A DNA stretch of 64,000 nucleotides from an uncultured Gemmatimonadales bacterium (GCA_963701965.1 OY969695.1:256001-320000), one strand, 5' to 3'. Shown: positions 37,598-48,701, numbered from the stretch's first letter. Program-made: numbers and translations. Notes: generated by a model not told the origin, from the sequence alone.

Positions 37598-38886
37598 TTG
37601 TCCCAGATTCAATTCGCGCGCCGCCTCGTCCTGGCCGCGTGCCTGGTTGCGGCGGCGCTGCCCGCCGCGGCGCAGTTCCGGGTCGAGATCTCAGGCGTCG
37701 GCGCGACCCAGCTGCCGATCGCGGTGGTGCGCTTTCGCGACGAGGACAAGAGCAACCAGTCGCCCTCGGCGATCATCCGCGCCGATCTCGAGCGCAGCGG
37801 CGCCTTCAAGATCGTCGACGCCGACGCCACGACGCTCGACGAGACCAGCCAGCCGAAGATGCCCGAGTGGCGCCAGCGCGCCGCCGACGCGCTCGTCGCC
37901 GGCTCGGTGACGCGCCTGGCCGACGGCCGCTACGACATCCGTTTCAAGCTCTGGGACGTGGTCAAGGGCAGCGAACTCGGCGGCCAGAGCAACGCCGTCG
38001 ACGCGAGCGAGCTGCGCCTGGCGGCGCACCGCATCGCCGACTTCATCTACGAGAAGCTGACCGGCGAGAAGGGCGTGTTCTCGACCCGCATCGCCTACGT
38101 CACCCGGGCCGGAACGCGCTACACGCTGCGCGTCGCCGATGCCGACGGCGAAAACGGCCAGGTCGCGCTCAACAGCGGCCAGCCGATCATCTCGCCGGCC
38201 TGGTCGCCGAACGGCAAGGAGCTCGCCTACGTCTCATTCGAGCGTCAGAAGGCGGTCGTCTTCGTCCACAACGTCGCCAGCGGCGAGCGCCGCGCGATCG
38301 CCGATTTCCGCGGCTCGAACAGCGCCCCGGCGTGGGCGCCCGACGGCGAGCGGCTGGCGGTGACGCTCTCGCGCGAGGGCGGCTCGCAGCTCTATTCGAT
38401 CGGCAAGAACGGCGGCGATCCGCGCCGGCTCGCCACCGAGCCCGGCGATCGACACCGAGTCCGAGTACAGCCGCCGACGGTCGCTATCTCTACTTCACCA
38501 GCGACCGCGGCGGCGCGCCGCAGATCTACCGCATGGCGGCAGGCGGCGGCAACGCCGAGCGCGTGACCTTCAGCGGCGCGTACAACATCAGCCCGACGGT
38601 CAGCCCCGACGGCCGCACGCTCGCCTACATCACGCGCGCGGGCAATGCCTTTCGCCTCGTCGTCCTCGATCTGGCGACCGCCGGCGCGCAACCGGTCACG
38701 ATTTCCGACACCAACGACGACGAGCATCCGAGCTTCGCGCCCAATGGCAGGCTCATCATCTACGCGACCCGTGTGCAGGGGCGCAGCGTGTTGATGACCA
38801 CCACGCTCGATGGCAAGATCAAGGCTCGCCTGCCGTCGCAGACGGCCGATCTGCGCGAGCCGGTATGGGGCCCGTACGGGCGCTAG
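37598..38886 (+). CDS. tolB: Tol-Pal beta-propeller protein, frameshift near 38450
   Basis: AQFRVEISG, AHRIADFIYEKLTG and repeated SPAWSPxG units. Confidence 0.95.
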
Positions 38887-38939
38887 CCGCATGGCAACGC
38901 GGCGTCAGCAGCAAGCAAAGCAAAGCAAAGGAAACAGAC

Positions 38940-39479
38940 ATGAACCAACTCCATCGCCACGTTCTCACGGTGCTCGCAGCGGCCGCGCTGGCCGCGTGCT
39001 CGAGCGTCAAGCTCGACGAGCCGCCGGTCGAATCGCGAACCGGCACACCGGTCGGCGGGGGCACCGGCAGCGGCGCCAATGCCGGCGGCACGGCGCAGAC
39101 GCGGGTCGCGCCGGTCGACGTCACCAGCACCAGCAACGCCGCGTTCTCGAACCTGCCGCGCGTCGTCTACTTCGATTTCGACAGCTACGTCGTCAAGGAC
39201 GACTCCCGCCCGGTGATCGAAGCCAACGGCAAGGCGCTCGCTGCCGACCGCAAGCGCCACATCACGGTCGAAGGCCACACCGACGACCGCGGCAGCAGCG
39301 AGTACAACCTCGCCCTCGGCCAGCGCCGCGCCGAGGCGGTCGTCAAGTCGCTGACGCTCATCGGCGCCGACCCGACCCAGCTCGAGGCGGTGAGCTTCGG
39401 CAAGGAGCGGCCGGCGGTGCAGGGCGAGGACGAGGCAGCGTGGGCGAAGAACCGTCGCGCCGAGCTGGCGAGCCGATGA
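38940..39479 (+). CDS. pal: Peptidoglycan-associated lipoprotein
   Basis: Lipobox LAAC; VYFDFDS, EGHTDDRGSSEYNLALGQRRA and KNRRAE. Confidence 0.96.
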   Translation: MNQLHRHVLTVLAAAALAACSSVKLDEPPVESRTGTPVGGGTGSGANAGGTAQTRVAPVDVTSTSNAAFSNLPRVVYFDFDSYVVKDDSRPVIEANGKALAADRKRHITVEGHTDDRGSSEYNLALGQRRAEAVVKSLTLIGADPTQLEAVSFGKERPAVQGEDEAAWAKNRRAELASR

Positions 39480-40268
39480 GCATGATCACGCCGCGCGCCA
39501 GGTCGCTGCTGGCCGCAGGCCTGCTCGCGCTCGCTTCCGCCGCACCGGCGCACGCGGGCCTGTTCGACGACGACGAGGCGCGCCGCGCGATCCTCGACCT
39601 GAGAAAGCAGCTCGAGCAGAGCAACGAGCAGGCGCGCGCGCGTCAGAACGAGCAGATGCGCAGATGTCGGCGCAGATCGACCAGCTCAAGCGCAGCCTGC
39701 TCGATCTCAACGGCGCGATCGACGCGCAGCGCGCCGACAACGCCAAGCTGCGCGGCCAGATCGAGGAGCTCGCGCGCGTCGTCGCCGAGGTGCAGACGGA
39801 AGCAAGCCGACTTGGTGCAGGGCGTCGACGAGCGGATCCGCAAGGTCGAGCCGCAGAAGGTCACCGTCGACGACAAGGAATTCAGCGTCGATCCCGAGGA
39901 AAAGCGCAGCTACGACGATGCGCTCGCGGGCTTTCGCAAGGGCGAGTTCGACCGCGCCGCGACTGGCTTCGCGGGCTTGCTGAAGCGCTTTCCGAGCACC
40001 GGCTATCGCGCCTCGGCGCTGTTCTGGCTCGGCAACGCGCAGTACGCCAAGCGCGACTACAAGGAGGCGATCGCGAGCTTTCGCAGCCTCGTCGTCGCCG
40101 CGCCCGAGAGCCCGCGCGCGCCCGAGGCGCTGCTCGCGATCGCCAACTGCCAGGCCGAGCTGAAGGACCCGAAGGCAGCGCGAAAGACGATCGACGAGCT
40201 GGTCAAGACCTATCCGCGTTCGGAGGCCGCGCAGGCCGGGCGCGAGCGGCTGGCCATCGCTCAAGTGA
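39476..40268 (+). CDS. cpoB: Tol-Pal system protein YbgF/CpoB, frameshifted
   Basis: GLFDDDEARRAILDLR coiled coil plus TPR (ALFWLGNAQY); follows pal. Confidence 0.9.
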
Positions 40269-40270
40269 CG

Positions 40271-41115
40271 ATGCTGGCGGCCGGCGCCGCGACCCTGCTC
40301 GGTCGCGGCCGACGGCGCCGACCTCGAGCGCCGCTTCGGCGGCCTGCGCCGGCTTGTACGGCGACAGCGCCTATGCCCGCATCCGCGGCCGCGCATGCGC
40401 CGTCGTCGGCGTCGGCGGCGTCGGCTCCTGGGCCGCGGAGGCGCTGGCGCGCAGCGGCGTCGCGGCGCTGACGCTGATCGACCTCGATCAGGTCGTCGGA
40501 GTCGAACGTCAACCGCCAGGTGCAGGCGCTCGGCAGCGACGCTCGGCATGGCCAAGGTCGACGCGCTTCGGGCGCGCATCGCCGACATCCATCCGGGCTG
40601 CTCGGTCGAGGCCGTCGAGGAGTTCGTCGACGAATCGAACTGGCCGGCGCTGCTCGCGCGGCCGGTCGCAGGCGGTGATCGATGCCTGCGACAGCGTGCG
40701 CGCAAAGGCCGTGCTCGCGGGCTGGTCGCGGCAGAGCGGCACGCCGCTGGTGATCGTCGGCGCCGCCGGCGGCAAGCGCGCCGCCGAGCGGGTCGAGGTC
40801 GGCGACCTCGCCGAGGTCACGCACGACCCGATGCTCGCCGCCTTGCGTCAGCGTCTGCGCAAGCTCCACGGGGCGCCGCGCGCGGGCAAGCTCGACCTCT
40901 GCTGCGTCTTCTCGCGCGAGCCTGTCGCGATGCCCGGCGGCGACGGCTGCGAGGTCGACGGCAGCCTCAACTGTCATGGCTACGGCTCGAGCGTCGCCGT
41001 GACCGCGACCTTCGGCATGGTCGCCGCAGCCCGGGCGCTAGAATTCGCGGCGCTGTCCGCATCGCCGGCCCACTCCATCCTCCACCTTATAATCATAGGC
41101 TCGGAGGGTTGTTAG
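40271..41115 (+). CDS. tcdA: tRNA threonylcarbamoyladenosine dehydratase (ThiF family), frameshifted; ends approximate
   Basis: VVGVGGVGSWAAEALARSG, SNVNRQ, VFSRE and GYGSSVAVTATFG. Confidence 0.88.
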
Positions 41116-41178
41116 CTCAGTTGGTAGAGCAGCGGACTTTTAATCCGTAGGTCGTGGGTTCGAGCCCCGCACAACCCA
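41106..41178 (+). tRNA. tRNA-Lys(TTT)
   Basis: GGGTTGT/ACAACCC acceptor stem, TAGCTCAGTTGGTAGAGC D-arm, CTTTTAA anticodon loop and GTTCGAG T-loop. Followed by CA rather than CCA. Confidence 0.95.
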
Positions 41179-41211
41179 CACGCGGCAACCTTCCGAAGCA
41201 GCACAGTTTTC

Positions 41212-41287
41212 GGGCTCTTAGCTCAGTTGGTAGAGCAGCGGACTCTTAATCCGTAGGTCGAGTGTTCGAGTCACTCAGGGCCCACCA
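41212..41287 (+). tRNA. tRNA-Lys(CTT)
   Basis: 76-nt cloverleaf with GGGCTCT/AGGGCCC stem, CTCTTAA anticodon loop and encoded CCA. Confidence 0.97.
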
Positions 41288-41291
41288 AGTA

Positions 41292-41304
41292 AATCAAGGG
41301 GTTA
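41292..41304 (+). promoter_or_regulatory. IHF consensus binding site
   Basis: AATCAAGGGGTTA matches WATCAANNNNTTR exactly and starts at 41292, just after the tRNA end at 41287. Confidence 0.6.
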
Positions 41305-41326
41305 GCTTATTCGAGCTAGCCCCTTG
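41295..41326 (+). terminator. Hairpin after the tRNA pair (terminator-like, weak U-tract)
   Basis: CAAGGGGTTAGCT-6 nt loop-AGCTAGCCCCTTG: 13-bp stem with one G-U pair. Confidence 0.6.
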
Positions 41327-41336
41327 GTCGTTCTAG

Positions 41337-41380
41337 CGTAGCCAAATCTGGCTACGTTGCAGCTACGTTTTGGCTACGTT
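41337..41380. repeat. Phased repeats resembling integrase arm-type sites (att junction)
   Basis: GCTACGTT at 41351, 41362 and 41373 (11-bp period), plus inverted copy CGTAGCCA at 41337. Confidence 0.7.
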
Positions 41381-41519
41381 GCTGCTTAGCACGCTCCTGT
41401 CCCCCTCTGTCAGACGCTGGCCGACCCACGGATTCTTGGTCCATCTGTCGAGGCGTGGCCCTGGTCGGCGGGGTTTGTCAGCTAGTTAGATTGAACGTCC
41501 GTCGTGCGTTGCCCGCCGT

Positions 41520-41800
41520 AAGAGGTGGAGCACATCCTTCGGCAAGCCGAGCCTGTCGACGCCGGCGAGGCATCCCTGGAGTGAGCATCGGACAGCTGGT
41601 TCCAAACAAGATCTTGTGCTTGCCCGGGCCGTACACGTTCGGGTGCTTCATCATCTGCGAGATCATCTCGGCGACCCAAGGAACCCGATGAGGTCGCCGA
41701 CGATGCGCAGCTCCGGAATCAAGGACGCTGACGCAGCTCGCGCTGGGCAATTCAATGCGAACGAGAACCGCGGTGCACCACGCACGATCTGGGACCTGCG
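41520..41800 (-). pseudogene. Decayed amidohydrolase_2 family fragment
   Basis: Broken frames give PELRIVG, PWVAEMISQMMKHPNVY and GPGKHKILFGTSCPM, with an internal deletion and no intact start. Confidence 0.6.
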
Positions 41801-41856
41801 ATGTCCTCCTCCTTCGCTTCGGTGCGATAGCATCCTTTCTGGCAAGGGGAACGCGC

Positions 41857-43308
41857 ATGACCGAATGGGCGTATCAAACCGCGACGTCAATGGCTCGCGC
41901 CATCCGAGAACGGCGTATCGGTTGCGGCGAGCTTCTCGAGCTTCATCTCGAGCGGGTGCGGCGTCATAACAAGACGCTCAACGCAATCATTGCGTTGGAC
42001 GTGGATCGTGCGTTTTCCCGGGCGCGCGCGGCGGACGCAGCGATTGCACGCGGCGAATCCTGGGGTCCGCTGCACGGCGTGCCGATGACCGTGAAAGACT
42101 CTTTCGACGTGGCTGGCCTGCCGACGACCTGGGGGATTCCGGCGCTTCGCGACAACGTCGCCGACATTAACGCGGCGAGCGTCGACTCCCTTCTAAACGC
42201 CGGTGCGATCGTCTTCGGTAAAACGAACGTCCCTCTGCTGCTTGGTGACCGACAGACGTTCAACGCGATACACGGTACGACGAACAATCCGTGGGATCCT
42301 GCGCGCACACCTGGCGGCTCATCGGGAGGCGCAGCTGCGGCGTTGGCAGCGGGCATGAGCGCGCTCGAAATGGGAAGCGACATCGGCTCCTCGATCACCA
42401 ATCCAGCGCATTGCTGCGGTGTCTACGGTCACAAGCCGAGCTTTGGCATCGTGCCTCAGCACGGGCATTGGATTCCGCAGGCGCGTGCGCCGCTTGACAT
42501 GCAGGTGTGCGGTCCGCTCGCGCGCGGCGCCGAGGATCTCGCGCTCGCGCTCGATGTGATCTCCGGCCCGGAACCGCTCGATCGGCCGGCGCGGACGATC
42601 AAGCTGCCCGGGCCACGCAAGACGACCTTGGCCGAGTTTCGTGTGGCCCTGATTCTCGACGACCCGATCTGCGGGGTCGACCGCGAAGTCGTCGACCGCA
42701 TCCAGGCTGTCGCCGATGCCGTGGCCCGGGCCGGCGCGCGTGTTCACGACAAGGCGCGGCCCCGGATCGACCCGCTGCGCGCACACGACCTGTTTGTGCA
42801 ACTGCTGCGCGGTGCGACGGGGGCACTCCTTTCGGATGATGCCTATGCCCAGTCCCGCGCGAAGGCCGACCAGCTTGCGCCCGGCGACCAAAGCCCCGGC
42901 GCACGCGGTTTGCGCGCCCTCGTGCAGGATCATCGCGCCTGGTTTGCGGCCCATGCCGAGCGCGAGGCCGTGCGCCGGGCTTGGGCAGCGTTCTTCGAGG
43001 AATACGACGTGGTGCTTTGCCCTGTCGCCGCCACTGCTGCGTTCCCGCACGATCACCGCGAGCGACTCGATCGCCGGATCGTCGTGAACGGGCGCGAGGA
43101 AGACTACAACGCGCAGCTCTACTGGGCGAGCATGACGAACCTGCCCTACCTGCCCGGAACGGTCGCGCCGGCAGGGCGCACTTCAGGTGGCCTGCCCGTC
43201 GGCGTACAGATCGTGGGTCCATACCTGGAAGACCACACGAGCATCGAGTTCGCGCGGCTGCTCGGGCAGGTCACCGAAGGATTCGTTCCCCCGCCTGGCT
43301 ATGAGTGA
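41857..43308 (+). CDS. Amidase-signature family amidase
   Basis: [12 protein letters not shown] (Lys), TPGGSSGG (cis-Ser), GSDIGSS (nucleophile Ser) and [10 protein letters not shown]. Confidence 0.93.
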   Translation: MTEWAYQTATSMARAIRERRIGCGELLELHLERVRRHNKTLNAIIALDVDRAFSRARAADAAIARGESWGPLHGVPMTVKDSFDVAGLPTTWGIPALRDNVADINAASVDSLLNAGAIVFGKTNVPLLLGDRQTFNAIHGTTNNPWDPARTPGGSSGGAAAALAAGMSALEMGSDIGSSITNPAHCCGVYGHKPSFGIVPQHGHWIPQARAPLDMQVCGPLARGAEDLALALDVISGPEPLDRPARTIKLPGPRKTTLAEFRVALILDDPICGVDREVVDRIQAVADAVARAGARVHDKARPRIDPLRAHDLFVQLLRGATGALLSDDAYAQSRAKADQLAPGDQSPGARGLRALVQDHRAWFAAHAEREAVRRAWAAFFEEYDVVLCPVAATAAFPHDHRERLDRRIVVNGREEDYNAQLYWASMTNLPYLPGTVAPAGRTSGGLPVGVQIVGPYLEDHTSIEFARLLGQVTEGFVPPPGYE

Positions 43309-44906
43309 AGTGCTGCGGCGGAATCCAACTGCGGCCAGGGACCGCGGCAAGGAGTTCGCGCGTGTAGTCATGCTGCGGGTCGGCGAATACGTCGGCAGTT
43401 GCTCCGAATTCGACGATTTCGCCGTGGCGCATCACCGCGATGCGTCGCAGAGCTGTGCAGCGACACGCAGGTCATGAGTGATGAAGAGCATCGTCAGATG
43501 AGGCGATCGCGGATTCGGCGAGGAGCCGAGCACCTGCGCCTGCACTGACACATCGAGCGCCGAGACGGGCTCGTCGGCGACCAGCATTCCGGTCTCAACG
43601 CGAGCGCGCGCGCTATGCCGATGCGCTGGCGCTGGCCACCCGAGAATTCATGGGGAAACGCGATTCGCGCGCGCGGGGTCGAGGCGGACGAGATCGAGCA
43701 GTTCGCGCGCGATCACAGGCCTCGCCGCCGGGACGCCGTGCAGAAGGGGCCCGGGCGATCAGTCCGCACGCGGTCGTCGCGGGTTGAGCGACCCGAAAGG
43801 GTCCTGGAACACCATCTGGAGGTTCGGTAAGGGCGGAGCCGGCGCCGAGATAGAGCGCTAAGGTCGACATGGTCGAGGCGGACCGTGCCTGCTCCGGCTC
43901 GAGCAGCCGGATGATGCAGCGCGCGAGTGTCGATTTGCCCGATCCGGATTCGCCGACCAGACCGAACGTCTCGCCGCGCCTCATCGCCAAATTCGCCTGC
44001 CTTCACCGCGCTGAATCGTCGTCGCGCGCGCGAAACATGCCGGCGCTCGTCCGAAGGATTCATCAGGCCGCTGACCTCGAGCAGCACTGGTGAATCCCCG
44101 AAGGAACGCGGCGGCCGCGGCACGAGGCGGGTACCGCCGCGATGAGCGATTGGGTGTAGGCGTGGTGCGGCGCGTTCAGAACCTGGTTGCGCGGGCCGAC
44201 TCGACGAGAAGGCCGTGCTCCATGACGGCGACGCGGTCGGCGATCTCGGCGACCACGCCGAAATCGTGGGTGATGAAGACGATGCCGGTGTCGTGCTCGC
44301 GGCTGCAGCTCCGTGATCAGCGAAAGGATCTGCGCCTGCGTCGTGACGTCGAGGGCGGTCGTCGGCTCGTCGGCGATGAGGATGCGGGCTCCAGCATCAG
44401 CGCCATGGCGATCATGGCGCGCTGGCGCTCCCCGCCCGAGAGCTCATGCGGGTAGGAGTGGATGATCGCGGCTCGGGGTCGGCGGGCGCACATCCTCGAA
44501 CATCGCGACGATGCGCGTGCGGCGCTCGGCCGCCGAAAGGCGCGCATGGGTCCGGATGACCTCGTCGACCTGGCGGCCGATCGTCATCAGGGGGTTCAGC
44601 GCCGTCATCGGCTCCTGGAAGATCATGGCGATCGCCGAGCCGCGAATCGCACGCATCCGCTCGGGCGCGGCGTGCAGGAGGTCCTCGCCCTCGAGAGGAC
44701 GCGGCCCGCGGTCACCTGCACGTGCGGGCTCGGCAGAGGCCGAGAATGCGCGCGCCAGCACGGATTTGCCGGAGCCCGATTCGCCAACGACGCAGAGGAT
44801 CTCGTTGCGTTCAGCTGAAGGAGACGTCGCTCGAGGCGGAGGCCGATCGCGCCCAGACGGCAGCGCGACGTAAGCCTGCTATGCGAGCATCGCGACGCTC
44901 GCTCAT
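43271..44906 (-). CDS. Dipeptide/oligopeptide-type ABC transporter ATP-binding protein (two fused NBDs), heavily frameshifted
   Basis: Two GESGSGKS Walker A motifs, [23 protein letters not shown] and [10 protein letters not shown]. Confidence 0.85.
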
Positions 44907-45722
44907 ACGGTCCGCAGCCGCGGGTTGACGGCATCGTTGACACCTTCGCCTACGAGGTTGATGTCAGCACGGTGGAAGGATCGCGATTCCGGGATGGCGC
45001 AGAGCCACCAGGCGCCGCGCAGGAAGGTCCGGCCAGAGCCGATCATGAAGCCCCAGCTCATGGCGTTCGGTCGCCAAGGCCGAGGAAGGCGAGCGACGCC
45101 TCAGTCAGGATCGCGGTCGCAACCATAAGGAGCCGGTGACGATGATGGGCGAGACGACAGTTGGGCAGGATCTGGCGGATGATGATTGCGGGTCGCTCAT
45201 GCCCGGGCAGACGCAGCCTGCACGAATTCGCGCTCGCGCATCGCCAGGAATTCGCCGCGTACCAGCCGCGCGATCGGCGGCCAGCTGACGACCGCGATGG
45301 CGATGATGATGCTGCCTTCGACGGCGACATGATCGCCACCAGCACGATCGCGAAGAGAAGCGCGGGGATCGTCTGGAAGAACTCCGTGAAGCGCATCAAC
45401 GCGTCGTCGATCCAGCCTCCATAGAAGCCGGCAAGCGCGCCCGGAGCGTGCCGACGAGGACGCGACATGGTCGCAAGCAGGCCGACCACCAGCGAGGCGC
45501 GCGCCGCCATGCGCGAGCCCGGCTCGCAATGTCGCGACCGAGGGAGTCCGTGCCGAAGAGGTAGCGCCGAACGGCGGCAAGAACGGCTTGGCGACGATGC
45601 GAAAAGGGTTGCCGGGAAGAAGAGCGGTGCGCACGGGCGACCAGCACTACGAAACAGAGGAATGCGAATCCGAGGCGGCTGGCGCGATTGCGGACGAAGC
45701 GGCGCCAGAATGACTGCTGCAT
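44903..45722 (-). CDS. ABC transporter permease (DppC-like), frameshifted
   Basis: GTDSLGRD, MRFTEFFQTIP, ARLVRGEFL..REREFV and ILTEASLAFLGLG. Confidence 0.85.
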
Positions 45723-45726
45723 GCGC

Positions 45727-46686
45727 TCAGCCGTGGTGATGCGCGGGTCTAGGGCCCGATAGATCAGGTCGACGATGAGGTTGACGAGTACCACCAGCAT
45801 GCGGACAGGAAGAAGATTCCAAGCAGCAAGTTGAAGTCGCGGGCAAACAGGCACTGGAGGCGAGCTGGCCAAGGCCCGGCCATGCGAACACCGATTCGAC
45901 AACAACCGATCCCCCGAGAAGGCTGCCGACCTGAACGCCTGCCATGGTGACCACCGGCAGCAAGCGTTGCGAAGTACATGGCGGTAGGTAATAGCCGCTC
46001 CGTCAGACCTTTGGAGCGCGCAGTCACCACGTAGTCCATGCCGCGCTGGTCGAGAATCGCTGCGCGCATCATCCGCGTGTAGAGTGCCATGTAGAAAAGC
46101 GACAGCGTGAGCGTCGGCAGCACGAGATGGCGCGCAATGTCGACGACGCGATCCCATCCTTCATTGAAGGCGATGACATCCTCCATCCCGGTCGTCGGCA
46201 GCCAGTCGAGCTTGATCGAGAACAGCAGGATAAGCATCAGGCCGACCCAGAACAGCGGCGTCGCATAGGCGAGACTGCGAGGACCGAGATAATCGGTCGG
46301 CGAAGTGTTGACGCCGGTCGCCGCCAGGAGCCGAGCAGCACGCCGCTCAGGCGGAGACCAGAAGCGTGGTCCCCATCAGCAGCAGCGTCGGCCAAGGCGC
46401 GCGAAAATCAATTGGGCCACCGGCGTGCCGTGGCGGAAGGAATAGCCGAGATCGAGGTAAGGCACGTTCTTCAAGTAGAGCAGCAGCTGGACGTGGAGCG
46501 GCTGGTCGAGCCCGAAGGTCTCGCGAAGGTGGCGACGTATTCGGGCGGCGCTCCGCCCGGACTTCCCGGCGAGCACATCGCCGCGTCGCCGGGCGCGAGA
46601 TGCAGCATCAGGAAATTGAGCACGACGATGCCGATGAGGATCGGCACCACCTGGGAGTCAGCCGCGCCGCGAAACGCAATGTACAT
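45727..46686 (-). CDS. ABC transporter permease (DppB-like), frameshifted
   Basis: [39 protein letters not shown] and LDPRI. Confidence 0.85.
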
Positions 46687-46700
46687 CGAGGCGATCCTCG

Positions 46701-46776
46701 TTCCGCTCAGCCCGCGCATGCGGGCATCCAGCAAGGTCAGGCGTTCTGGATCCCCGCTTTCGGGGGATGAGCGGAA
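46701..46776. repeat. REP-like nested palindromic element between the SBP and permease genes
   Basis: TTCCGCTCA...CCCGCGCATGCGGG.ATCCAG / CTGGAT.CCCCGCTTTCGGGGG.TGAGCGGAA: terminal inverted repeats with two internal hairpins. Confidence 0.65.
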
Positions 46777-46877
46777 AAGGCCCCTTCCCGCGACTGCGCG
46801 CGCGGACGAGGCGCTCGAATCGGCCCCGCCCAAATGTCAGCGTGATCGAGCCCATCGGCACTCCCCTCAGGCCTCGC

Positions 46878-48481
46878 TCACTTCTCGAGATGCGCATAGG
46901 CGAAGGAGCCGTAGATGCCCAGCGGTGTCACGATCAGGTCCTGATACGCTTGTTGAGGACCGTCGGGAAGTCACCTCGTGCGACCCAGACGATAGGCGCG
47001 GCCTCAACGGTGAGCTTCTGGAATTCGTGTAGTAGTCGATTCGCTTGGCATGGTCCGGCTCGACAGTGGCGCATGTCCATCAGTTCGTCCGTGCGCGGCG
47101 AGGACCAGCCGGCCGTTCACGAACACGGTCCCCTGCTGGATCAGTTGGAATGCTATTAGCGATGCACGCCGATCGCCGGATCGGCGAGGTTGAACAGCTA
47201 ATTTGAGGTGAGCAAGAAATCGTAGTCCGTGTAGATGCGCTTCTGCCACGTCGCCAGATCCTCGAGCGCAAGGTCGCCTTGATGCCGACTTGCCGAGCTG
47301 CTGCTGCACATACTCGCCGAAACGCTGCCATTCCTCCCCGTACGGGGAGGACGTCGTGAACGATCTCGAAGCGGGTGCCGTCCGCCTTGCGCGGAAGGCC
47401 GGCTTCGTCGAGCAATATGTTCGCCATCTCGACGGCGTTGGGCACGTTGTAGTTGCTCACATCGGCGGAATAGAGCCCGGTGACCTCGAAATTGGAACTC
47501 ATCGCGCCGGTCGCCGGCTTGCCGAAGCCGAAGAAGATGTTGTCGATCGCAAATTGCCGATCGACTGCGCACGACAGCGCCTGTCGCACCTTCACATTGT
47601 CGAAGGGCGGACGCTTGCGGTATTGATAATTGAGCTCGATCATCGGCGAGATCATCTCGAGGCCCGTGGTGGTCACCACGATGTTCGGCAATGCCGTGAG
47701 CCTCTTGACATCGCTGTAGGGGACGGCGCCAAAGCCCGAGACATCGGCCTCGCCTTTTTCCAGAGTGACGGTTCGCGTCGCGGAATCGGCGTATGAAACG
47801 AATGACGATGCGGTCGAGATAGGGCTGGCCATTTGCAGTAGTCGGGATTGCGGTCGAGCCGAATGAACTCGCCGCGCCGCCATTCGACGAAATTGAAGGG
47901 TCCCGTGCCGACCGGCTTGTTGGCGTATTCGTGATTGCGGATATCGCCGGTGCCGTAGATGTGCTTCGGGAGCATCGGCGTCTGGCGTCCCGAGAACGAG
48001 GACATCATATAAGGCGCGGGGTGCGCCAACTGAAGATGGCGGTCTCTGCGTCGGGCGTCTCGACCGCGGTCACTTCCTGGAAGCCAGGGATGCCGAGAGG
48101 ATGAATTTTCTCAGCACCTCCATGACGGAGAATTGCACGTCGGCCAGGTGAACGGCATGCCATCATGGAACTTCACGTCGTCGCCGCAGCTTGAAGGTGA
48201 TGGTCTTGCCGTCTGGTGAGACGGTCCAGGAGTTCCGCCAGGCTGGGCTGAGGCTTCTGGTCGAACCCGTATTCGAGCAGGCCGCCGAAGATCTTCCCTG
48301 TCACCTCGCCGATAGGCGTGGACGTGCTGAGGTAGCCGGCGAGCGAGGGTGGTTCCGGATTCGTGATCTGAACCAGAGTGCCGCCGCGCTTTTGTGCGAG
48401 AGCGGGCTCCGGCGCTGCGCACAACGCGATGGCCAGCAACGTGCCTGCAAGCACGCGACTCAAGATCACCAATGCAGACAT
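46878..48481 (-). CDS. ABC transporter substrate-binding protein (family 5), heavily frameshifted
   Basis: Signal peptide; KRGGTLV, PQPSLA, VKFHDG, PVGTGPF and VRQALS..VDR; AGGAGG RBS. Confidence 0.85.
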
Positions 48482-48540
48482 GAACACCTCCTGAGTTCCT
48501 CCTCGCCCCTGGTTGGCACCCGGCTCGGCGGTCGGTGTGC

Positions 48541-48598
48541 TATCCAGATGATGGAACTGTGTTTCTGAAGTCTGGCACCTGGATTAGGGCCGTGTCAA
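48541..48598 (-). promoter_or_regulatory. Sigma70 promoter with downstream palindromic operator (ABC operon 1)
   Basis: TTGACA (48593-48598), 18 nt, then TGc-CAGACT (48569-48574). Operator GTTCCATCATCTGGATA (48541-48557). Confidence 0.7.
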
Positions 48599-48701
48599 AG
48601 GGGCGAATACCTAACAGAAGGGGCGCAGCGGGCTCGATTTGTTCGGCGTTCCACCTTTGAGAACGACCAGCTTGTCGTCTCTTTCACTCGAGCGCATTCG
48701 T

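Noticed and set aside
41171..41181. tRNA-Lys(TTT) lacking CCA as a degenerate tRNA or att remnant
   Set aside because: The cloverleaf is complete. The CA versus CCA difference is compatible with a one-base deletion error or post-transcriptional CCA addition.
41337..41380. GCTACGTT repeats as a CRISPR array or iterons
   Set aside because: Units are 8-10 bp with 3-bp gaps, there are no spacers, and no cas or rep gene is present. Arm-type att sites fit better.
41408..41480. Imperfect inverted repeat (GCCGACC / GGTCGGC) as a MITE
   Set aside because: The match is short and GC-rich, with no target duplication or second copy seen.
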